A DNA stretch of 64,000 nucleotides from Chiloscyllium plagiosum. Its lineage: Eukaryota. The notes under the pieces are model-generated. The model was not told where the DNA came from and searched no databases. It saw only the letters and a list, made by a program, of their open reading frames with translations. Positions 51,790-62,027 of the stretch are shown here, piece by piece. The first letter of the stretch is position 1. Every line of letters starts with the position of its first letter. A program made the position numbers and the translations under genes. The stretch spans positions 15,120,809 to 15,184,808 of the forward strand of contig NC_057718.1 of the NCBI RefSeq assembly GCF_004010195.1, given 5' to 3'.

Positions 51790-52044
51790 AGTGTGTTATT
51801 GGAACAGCATTTTTTTTAGAGTTAAGATCAGGTAGTAAGCGGTTAATAAAAGGGGGCTTGGATTTGTGAATAGATTTTGTTTAATGCTCACTATTAGAGC
51901 TAGGAAAATAAATTGTTATTTTTCTTTAAGTAGTGTGAATTAGGAGTTCTCTGTCACTCACATTTTAACAGATTGTAAGGAGAGGTGAGCTTTTCTCGGT
52001 GTTTGGTTTTAATTAACTGAGGGGTTCAATCTCCGTGTCATAAC
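51790..52044 (+). mobile_element. Possible LTR 3' remnant
   Basis: aataaa followed by a T-rich tract ending cgtgtcataaca; no TSD or 5' end found. Confidence 0.3.
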
Positions 52045-52554
52045 AACAACTATACACAGTATAGCCATAGGTCAGAAAATCAAGAAGCAAAGACAAACAT
52101 CACAGTCTCTCTCCAATGGCTCTCCGCAGCAGACCAGTGCAGGGGGCCTCCACATGGTCTGACCGCTGGCTGCCACTATGTTTCGCACCAGGCCACTGGT
52201 TGCTGGTGCCCCCACTTTGGAGGCCGGGAGAAGAGAGGAAAAGAAGGAGAAGAAAAAGAAGTTATACCAGAACCAGGCAGAAGGACTGCAGTGGGAGCAG
52301 TGAAAGCGAGGACCAGGGGCTGCTGGGAAGGTACGTTTCCCTTTCATTTCGGCAGCAGAGCTGGGTGGGAAAGGTTGAGTTGCGCTCTGGGAATGTGAGT
52401 GAACTGATATAATTTGGGTAGCAGCTGAAGCAAAGATACTACACGTGTAGTGTCTCCCACCTGCCCTCCTTGACTGACCAAAAAAGAAATTCTGTGGTGT
52501 GTTGATAAGGTAAGGCTTTCCTATTTCTTTTTTTCTTTTCTCACTTACCTATTA

Positions 52555-52897
52555 GAATTTTTTAGAATTATCATTCCTACAGTGTGGAAACAGGCCATTT
52601 GGCCCAACAGGTCCACACTGATCCTCCGAAGAGTAACCCACCCAGACCCATTCCCCTAACCTACATTTACCCCTGACGAATGCACCCAACCTACATACCC
52701 GTTAACACTATAGGCAGTTCAGCATGGCCAATTTACCTAACCTGCACATCTTTGGGCTGTGGGAGGAAACCAGAGCACCCGGAGGAAACCCACACAGACA
52801 CGGGGAATGTGCAAACTCCACACAGACAGTTGCCCAAGGCGGGAATTGAACCCGGATCCCTGGTGCTGTGAGGCAGCAGTGCTAACCATTGAGCCAA
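52555..52897 (-). mobile_element. HE1-type V-SINE in the CR1 5'UTR
   Basis: Reverse head tggctcaatggttagcactgctgcctcacagc, B-box ggttcaattccc, V-domain and tail. Confidence 0.92.
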
Positions 52898-53194
52898 GCC
52901 AACATGCTAAGTTTTAAGGATATGCAGGTTGACTACCAATCAGTCGTCATGCTATGAACATAGCACCCTTGGCCATTAAGTGCTATATTTGAAATTATAG
53001 TTGGACTAAGTTAAGCTTAAGAATAAAATGGCAGGAGATCTCAGACTCGTGTTATGCTCCTCTAGCTCAATGTGGGGGCTCAGGGACACGGCTGATGTCC
53101 CTGACTTCTTCACATACAGGAAGTGTGTTCAGTTGCAGCTCTTGTTAAATTGCATGACATCTCTGGAGCTGCAGATGGACTCACTTTGGAACAT

Positions 53195-53925
53195 CAGCAA
53201 ATTTGCTGATGATGCTAAGCTGGGTGGCAGGGTGAAATGTGATGAGGATGTTAGGAGATTACAAGGTGACCTGGACAAGTTAGGTGAGTGGTCAGATGCA
53301 TGGCAGATGCAGTTTAATGTGGATAAATGTATGGTTATCCACTTTGGTGGCAAGAACAGGAAGGCAGATTACTACCTAAATGGAGCTGAAAATGTGTTGC
53401 TGGAAAAGCGCAGCAGGTCAGGCAGCATCCAGGGAACAGGAGAATCGACNNTTGAGGGAGTGCAGCGTAGGTTCACGAGGTCAATTCCTGGAATGGCGGG
53501 ATTACCTTACACTGATAGACTGGGGCGACTGGGCTTGTATACCCTTGGGTTTAGAAGACTGAGAGGGGATCTGATTGAGACATATAAGATTATAAAAGGA
53601 AACATGTTTCCGCTGATGGGTGAGTGCCGAACCAGAGGACACAGCTTAAAAATACGGGGTAGACCATTTAGGACAGAGATGAGGAGAAACTTCTTCACCC
53701 AGAGAGTGGTGGCTGTGTGGAATGCTCTCCACTGGGCAGTGGACGCCCAGTCTCTGAATTCATTTAAGAAAGAGTTGTATAGAGCTCTCAAGGATAGTGG
53801 AATCAAGGGTTATGGAGATAAGGCAGGAACAGGATACTGATTAAGGATGATCAGCCATGATCATATTGAATGGTGGTGCAGGCTCGAAGGGCAGAATGGC
53901 CTACCCCTGCACCTATTGTCTATTA
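53195..53925 (+). mobile_element. Young CR1 3' fragment nested in ORF1; contains a PLE arm (53383-53449, minus) and a 2-N gap
   Basis: SKFADDAK..WQMQFNVDKC..RRNFFTQRVV; tail cctattgtctatt; ORF1 resumes after it. Confidence 0.9.
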
Positions 53926-56139
53926 TCCCTGATGCTCAGGAGGTCATGGATAACATGTTTAGCAAATTGGTCACATCGCAAATTAGGATTGCTGAGGGAG
54001 AAAGGGAATGGGTGACCAAAAGGCAGAGAAAGAGCAGGAAGGCAGTACAGGTGTCCCCTGCGGTCATCTCCTTCCAAATCAGGTGTACCATTTTGGATAG
54101 TGCTGGTGGAGATGGCTCATCAGGGGAAGGCAGCAGTAGCCAAGTTCATGGCACTGTGGGTGGCTCTGCTGTACAGAAGGGCAGGAAAAAAAGAGTGGAA
54201 GGTCTATAGTCATAGGGGAATCAATTGTAAGGGGAGTAGATGGGCGTTTCTGTGGTTGAAGATGAGGCTTCCGAATGGTATGTTGCCTCCCAGCTGCCTG
54301 GGTCAAGGATGTCTCAAATCAGCTGCAGAACATTCTGAAGGGGGAGGGTGAACACCCATCTGTCGTAGTGCATACAGGCACCAATGATATAGGTAAAAAA
54401 CAGGATAAAGTCCTACAAGCAGAATTTAGGGAGTTCGGAGCCAAGTTAAAAAGTAGGACCTCAGAGGTAGTAATCTCAGGATTGCTATCAGTGCCACACA
54501 CTAGTCAGAGTAGAAATGAAAGAATAGGCAGGATAGAATGCATGGCTTGAGAGATAGTGCAGGAGGGAGAGATTCAGATTTTTGGGACATTGAGACCAGT
54601 TCTGGGGGAGGTGGGACTATTACAAATTGGACAGTCTACACCTGGGCCGGACTGGAACCAATGTCCTCAGGAATGCTTTTGCTAATGCTGTTGGGGATTT
54701 AAACTAATGTGGCGGGAGATGGGAACCAAATGAAGAGGTTAGTGGACAGTCAGGAGGTAGTAACTAAACCCTATAAGGTACTAGATAATGAAGTCAGCAC
54801 GACTAAGGGGAAGAGTAGGCAGGAACCAGATGATGAACGCAAAAGGGACAGGTAATCTAAGGTACATTAGTGCAAGAACTGTAGTAGGTAAGGCAGATGA
54901 ACTCAGGGCTTGGATCAGTACCTGAGAGAATGATGTTACTGCTATCACTGAGACTTGGTTGAGGGAAGGGTACGATTAGCAACTAAATATCCCAGGATAT
55001 CCTCAGGCAGGATAGACAGGGAGGTAAAAGGGGTGGAGGAGTTGCATTATTGGTCAGAGAGGATATCACAGATGTGCTGAAGGAGGGCACTATGAAGGAG
55101 GGCAATATGGGCAGAGTTAGAAATAGGAATGATGCGGTAACAATGCTGGGGCTTTATTATAGGCTTCCCAACAGTGAACGCGAGATAGAGGTACAAATAT
55201 GTAAACAGACTACGGAAAGATGTAGGAGCAACAGGGTTGTGGTGAAAGGAGATTTTAATTTTCCCATCATTGACTGGGATTCACAATGTTAGAGGTCTAG
55301 ATGGAGCAGAATTTGTAAAGAGCATTCAGGAGGGTTTTAGAGAGGAGTACTGGATCTGGTGTTGGGAAATGAGTCTGGTCAGGTAGTTGAAGTTTCAATA
55401 GGAGATTACTTTGAGAATAGTGATCACAATTTTGTAAGTTTTAGAAGACTAATGGAGAAAGGTGAGAGTGATTCTAAAGGAAGAGTGCTAAATTGGGGAA
55501 GGCTAACTATATCAAAATTCGGCAGGAGCTAGGGAATGTGGATTGGGAGCAGTTGTTTGAAAGTAAATCCATATTTGATATGTGGGAAACTTTTAAAGAG
55601 AGGTTGATTAGAGTGCAGGACAGACATGTCCCTGTGAAAAAGAGGGATAGAAGATTAAGGAACCATGGATGACGGTGAAACTGTGAGACTAGCTAAGAGG
55701 AAAAAGGAAGCATACATAAGGTCTAGGCAACTGAAAACAGACAAAGCTTTGAAAGAATATTGGGAAAGTAGGATCAATCTGAAGCGAGGAATTAAGAGGG
55801 CTAAAAGGGGTCATGAAATATCTTTAGCAAACAGGTTTAAGGAAATTCCCAAAGCCTTTTCGTCGTATATAAAGGAGAAAGAGGATAACTAGAGAAAAGG
55901 CTAGCCCAGTCAAGGATAAAGGAGGAAAGTGATGCGTGGAGTCAGAGAAAATGGGTGAGATTCTTAATAAGTACTTTGCGTCGGTATTCACCAAGGAGAG
56001 GGACATGACGGATGTTGAGGTTAGGGTCGAGATGTTTGATTACTCTCGGTCAAGTCTAGCATAAGGAAAGAGAATTTGCTGGGTATTCTAAAAAGCATTA
56101 AAGTGGACAAGTCCCCAGGTCTGGATGGGATCTATCCCA

Positions 56140-56588
56140 AAGTTGAAAAATGTGGTGCTGGAAAACACAGCAGGTCAGGCATCATCCGAGGAGCAGGAGA
56201 ATCGACATTTCGGGCATAAGCCCTTCTTCAGGAATGAGGCCGGTGTGCCAAGCGGCCTGAGGTAAAGGGTAGGGGGGAGGGAATTTGGGTGAGGGGTGCT
56301 GGGAATAGATGACCTGTGGGGTGCAGTGAGAGAGGGACTCACTGAGATCCTTGTAGAGGGAGGAGGAGAGCTCCTTCAAGGTAGGCAATCCTTGTAAGAG
56401 GATTCGCAGTAGGTTAAGATCAACTCGGAGAAAGTGAGGACTGCAGATACTGGAGACCAGATTTGAAAAATGTGGTGCTGGAAAACACAGCAGGCCAGGC
56501 AACATCCGAGGAGCAGGAGAATCGACGTTTCGGGCATAAGCCCTTATTCAGGAATGAGGTTGGTGTGCCAAGCGGGCTGAGATAAAGG
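56140..56588 (-). mobile_element. Internally deleted PLE family-A element: two direct terminal repeats with 320-bp period and two hammerhead cores
   Basis: 56144-56270 repeated at 56464-56588; spacer homologous to the element 5' region at 62212-62330; TSD ctatccca on both sides. Confidence 0.9.
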
Positions 56589-59542
56589 CTATCCCAGATT
56601 ACTAAGGGAAGTGAGAGAGGAAATAGTCTTAGCAGATATCTTTGCAGCATCCTGGAACTGGAGAATTGCTAATGTTGTCCCCTTGTTTAAGGGATAATCC
56701 AGGTAATTATAGACCAGAGAGCCTGATGTCAGTGGTAGGGAAGCTGCTGGAAAAGATACCGATGGATAGGATCTATTTACATTTGGAAGAAAATGAGCTT
56801 ATTAGTGACAGGCAACATAGTTTTGTGCAGGGAAGGTCATGTCTTACCAACTTAATAGAATCCTTTGAGCAAGTGACAAAGTTGAATGATGAGGGAAGGG
56901 CTATAGACGTCATATACATGGACTTCAGTAAGGCGTTTGATAGGGTTCCCCAGGGAGAAAGTGAAGTCGCATGGGGTCCAGGGTGTGCTAGCTAGATGGA
57001 TAGAGAATTGGCTGGGCAGCAGGAGACAGAGACTAGTAGTGCAAGGGAGTTTCTCAAAATGGAGAATTATGACCAGTAGTGTTTCACAGGGATCCATGTT
57101 GGGACCACTGTTGTTTGTGATATACATAAATGATCTGGAGGAAGGTCTGATTAGCAAGTTTGCTGATGACATTAAGATTGGAGGAGTATGAGTATGTCAG
57201 AGAATGCAGCAGAATATAGATAGATTGGAAAACTGGGCAGAGAAATTTGCAAATGGGAGTTCAATCCAGGCAAATGCGAGGTGATACCTTTTGAAAGATC
57301 CAATTCAAGAGCGAAATCTATGGTAAATGGAAAAGCCCTGGGGCAAATTGATATACAAAGCGATCTGGGTGTTCAGGTCCATTTTACCCTGAAGGTGGCA
57401 ACGCAGATCAATAGAATGGTCAAGAAAGTATATGGCAAGCTTTTCTTCATGTTACAGTTGTATAGGACTTTGGTTCGGCCACACATGCAATACTGCGTAC
57501 AGTTCTGGTCATCACATTACCAAAACGTTCACCAGAATGTTGCCTGGTGGACGGTGCTAGCTACAAAAAGAGGTTGAGTAGATTAGAATTATTTTCATTA
57601 GAATGACGGTGGTTGAGGGGGGACCTGATTGAGGTCTACAAAATCATGAGAGGTATTGACAAGGTGGATAGAAAGAAGCTTTTTTCCAAAGTGGGGGACT
57701 CCATTAATAGGGGTCATGAGTTCAAAGTGAGCGTGGAAAGGTTTAGAGCAGATATGCATGTAAAGTTCTTTACACAGAGAGTGGTGGGTGCCTGGAACAC
57801 ATTGCCAGCAGAGATGGTAGTGGCGTGCACAGTAGCGTCATTTAAGATATATCTAGACAGATACATGAATGGGCAGGGAGCAATGGGATACTTAGAAAAT
57901 AGACGACAGGTTTAGATCGAGGATTTGGATCGGCACAGGTTTGGGAGGGCCGAAGGGCCTGTTCCTGCGCTGTAATTTTCTTTGTTCTTTGACTATTTGA
58001 ACCCTACGAATTCAAGAAAAAAAAGCATAAGCAAAGTGATTGATTTGTTTCTGGATACAAAAACAGATTGTCTCTTTCTACCACAAAGACAATCAAGGTA
58101 ATACATAAAGATCACAAAAACACAGAGGCAGAACAAAAACCATAGCCAAGACAAAGAGTTACGTTCTAATAGAATTCCCATAGACGTGTGAGGCAAAACA
58201 ACTGAAGAAATTATGTTGAATGTGAGTACAGGTTTTTTCAAATCTATTTCATTGAAAATCCTTTTAAAAGAAAGGTAGATTTAAACATTGTGCATAAACT
58301 TGATGTAGAATAAGTCATGTTATAACTATTTTTGATCATTTATGATAGCATTTTGCGTAATTTAGAATTGATTATACAATCAATATTCATAATGTAAAAG
58401 AGTTCCATCTCATACTTTAATGCTCAGATGCCTATATCTACATAGCAATATCCTAGAATTCTTAACTGAGGTTAAGTGCTGACATTGGTAAACTTCAAAA
58501 AGTTGGTTCTGCTGTCATATACTAGCTGATATATTCTACCCGGAGATAATTTTCCTCATTTAAAAACTCCTGGGAGTTTGGTTGGCAGGGTGATTGGAAA
58601 CATCTTTGGTAAAATTGGCTACATTTCTTGAACATTGTGAAATTTCTTTTTGTTGAGGTTTTAAGCTGACATTAAGTTTAATTGGATAGCTTTACCTTAC
58701 TGCGAGTCATTAAGTAGTAGAACCATTCACAGTATAATATTCCAGGGAAAAAAAAAAGTACCTAATCTATGATGATCCTAAACCCTCTGCAGTGGCCTCA
58801 GATACCAGGCCTAAAAAGCAAATAAATAACAGTACTAACTCAGCAGACCACAAACAGACTTCATCCAGGTAACTTGCCAGTTTACACAATAACTATTTCC
58901 AGACATATCATCCGTGGCAACAAAACGCTTTGGTGCAGAAGGAAAGTCAATAATTCCTGGTTTACAGGATGCGTGTTGAAAGCAGGAATTTATAATGCAG
59001 GTTTAATGCTGCCAAGTTAGGGCTTAAATTGGCACCTGACTCACATTAGCCAGCTATGGTTTAACTCGATGTTGAGAAACATTCTCCAGCATGTTCACAG
59101 AGAAACAAACTCCATCAACAAAAACCTTTTGTTCTCTCCATCACAGGATGTTCTGCAGACAGATTAGGGAATTCATTTAAAAAATAGTAAAGGAACAAAA
59201 TCAGGTAAAAGACTTGCTAATCTTAAAGCTGAAGAGAAAACAAATTCATAAGATTACACAATATGGTAAAAACAAGTTTTTAATTTGCCAGAATATTACA
59301 AATGGAGTTTGTATGTTCTTGTAAATTGGCTTAACTTGGAACCTCCTCCCACCTCTCCTAATCCCTTCAATATAATTTTTCGTTCCTCTATCTGTCATTC
59401 ACCTTAAATGCATCCAGGATATGCACTTCAACTACTCCCTGTGGTAGTGAGTTCCTCGGAGTACTTTCTGGGTAAAGAGGTTTCTCTGGAAATTCCAAGG
59501 ATTTATTAGTGGTTGCTAGCTTTGGTTTCCCCATGTTGGGAT

Positions 59543-59768
59543 TGTAACAAGATCAGCCAGCTAGACCTCTTTTCATATGAGTTCCATGTTTGGAGCTGTT
59601 AATCTGGTCCCATCAAGGAGTCCTGACTGACAGATAAAAAAAGGAAGGTCAGAGATATTGACACTCTGAAAGCTGACTCTGAAGAGGCAGTACTAAAGAC
59701 AAGGACTGTTCATGTGTAAGTAAAGGGTGACTTGGCGACGGGATACCAGTCTCTGTGGAATTATTTCA
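59543..59768 (+). mobile_element. Probable solo LTR (Gypsy-like)
   Basis: TG...CA ends (tgtaac...tttca), gataaaaa TATA-like and agtaaa polyA-like signals; no clear TSD. Confidence 0.45.
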
Positions 59769-62027
59769 TCCTATGAGGAAGAAAAAACAAAGCAGTGTGA
59801 ACCAAACCAAACATGAAGCAGGCTCCAATATGTGAGCTGAGTTCCAGAGGTGGAGCGAGAGTGACTAACCTTGATATCAAGCCCTCATTTGACCCAAATA
59901 TGACAAAGGTGGAATCAAAGGTAGAACTGCTGGTTGGAGTCATACTTGGCATGTGAGAAGATGGTTGGTTATTGGTCATCTCAGTCCCAGGCAATGTCTC
60001 CTAGGTTTCCTCGGGGTAGATATTGAGATCAACTTGTTCAGAAATATTATTACATATCTCTGGGAGCATGTGGGATTTGAACCCAGGTCTCCTGCCTCAG
60101 TGGTAGTGATGCTACCACTGTATCACAATAGACTTACCAAAGTGATTACAGCCGGACATGAATGTGTAATCTCCCAACAGTATCACAAACCAGACTGAAG
60201 ACAAAGGTTTCATCCGTGCTAGCATCTGAGGCAGAACCATCTTTAGCTGCTTCATTAACTAACCTTTCCCCACGCATCATAAGGTCAGATGTGGAATAGT
60301 TACTGATTGCACAATATTCATCACCTTTTCTGACTCCTTAGATACTGAAACAATCCATGTACAAAAGCGAAAGACTGGACAACATTCCAGCTTCAGTTGC
60401 CAAATGGCAAGTAAAGATTGTGGCGGACAATGACAATCAGACAGTGTGCTGAAAATCAAGCCCCATTATTCCCAAGGTCTTGACAATGTAAAGTTTCAAA
60501 ATGACCATGAATCCCAATTCACCTGACTGACTGCTACTAAGATAAAAGCAAATCACACTAACAAAACACCTGTAAAAATAATTGTAACACTCTTAACTCT
60601 AACAAGAAAGTAACAGGATTTCTAATTTATGAAAATCAAACTTTACCCATTTTAAAAGTACCAGATACACAAAGAAAAGCAAAAACAGACAAAACACAAA
60701 TAGAGTGGAGATTAAAAAGAAAGTCTAATAAATACAATTCTGCATCATCAATCCAAAAATCTTAAAAGTAGATGTGTTTGTTTCACAATCCTCAATTCTT
60801 CAATGATGCTTCAATGTTATCTGCACAGCAATGATCAGTTTGTAGTTCACTGGTTGCTTGTTCAGACTCAGGATCTCTCAATATCTTTGGGTTTTAGAAT
60901 TGGTTCTTTTTGTGTTTCCAATTTTTTTTTCTGCTCTTTTGACCAAGTTGAAGACAGCAACTTTACAAAGAAAAGGGAGGGAAAAAGATTGACGCAGCCA
61001 TCTTCAAGAGGCCCCTTGCTTCTTTGCTTCACTCCTTGCACAAGAAAAGTGTAAAACAGCAACCTGACCAATCAGTGACTTGTTCCTACGCAGAGGTCTC
61101 CTGAACCCATCACAAATGGTGCCAACTTGTGAGGACTCTGTTCCCAAATGGTAACATTATTTCATATCCACCAGCTTCACTCATTTTTCCAAGCTGCAAA
61201 AACTCCTTGCACCCTCTAATCTTAAGGCAGTGACCTTTTTCTTTTCACTTTGAACCTAAAAATAAAAACTTGAGACCTCTTTAATAACAAAGAATCCAAC
61301 CATTCATCCTTCCTGTTCAGTGGCATTACCATTGCCCAAATTTGCAGTATCACCACCAAGATTACTGGGATAACCATATAAATACAATGGCTACAAGAGG
61401 GATTTAGAAGTTGAGAATTCTGTAACATACCTTCTGTTTGTGGACAGGCTAAGTCAGGAGAGGGAAAGAAAACTTTCCATTTGCCTGAATCAGTACTACT
61501 CCCACAATGCTCCAGAAGTTTGATACCATCCAGGATGCAATAGCCAGCAACCACATGGAGTACAGCAGTTTTAGAATTTGGCTCTTCACGATCTTGACAG
61601 TGACACACATGTCATGTGAAAGAACAAAACAGAAGCAGAAGTCAGAGCAGGATCAAATCTTCTGGCTTGTTAAATCTGCTTCACCATTCACTAAGATCAC
61701 AGCTGACCCCCTCTCTAAAATCCACACTCACCCATTCCAAATCCCTCGATTCCCTCACCCACTAAAATGTCAATCAATTTAATTCTTGAAAACCCTGAGT
61801 ACAGCCCTTTTAGATACAAAGATTCACAATCCTCTGAATGCAAGAATTTCTCAACCAAAATGGACACACCCTTATTCCACAGACAATGACCTCAAATGAT
61901 CGACTCTCCATTAGTTGGAGAGTCTCAATTTACAGGGTAGGATCTTTTTCTTTCATACATCATCTTTCTGCCATCTTTCACACCCATCTATCTTTCAAAG
62001 CACTTGGTCTTTGTCTATTTTATTGAT

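Larger units (their letters stand above)
52320..57992 (+). mobile_element. Near-full-length decayed CR1-clade LINE: 5'UTR, ORF1 (start 53028; Cys-rich N-terminus, SGNH/GDSL esterase), ORF2 (APE and RT), 3' tail
   Basis: MAGDLRLVLCSS..RKC; IVIGESIVRG; MVCCLP; VVVHTGTNDIG; DSLHL; ITETWL; LGLYYRLPN; GDFN; NYRP; DFSKAFDRV; KFADD; FFTQRVV; many stops and frameshifts. Confidence 0.92.

Noticed and set aside
53028..53840. 270-aa novel ORF1-RT fusion protein
   Set aside because: Chance in-frame chimera of the CR1 ORF1 start, a nested CR1 fragment, a PLE arm and an assembly gap.
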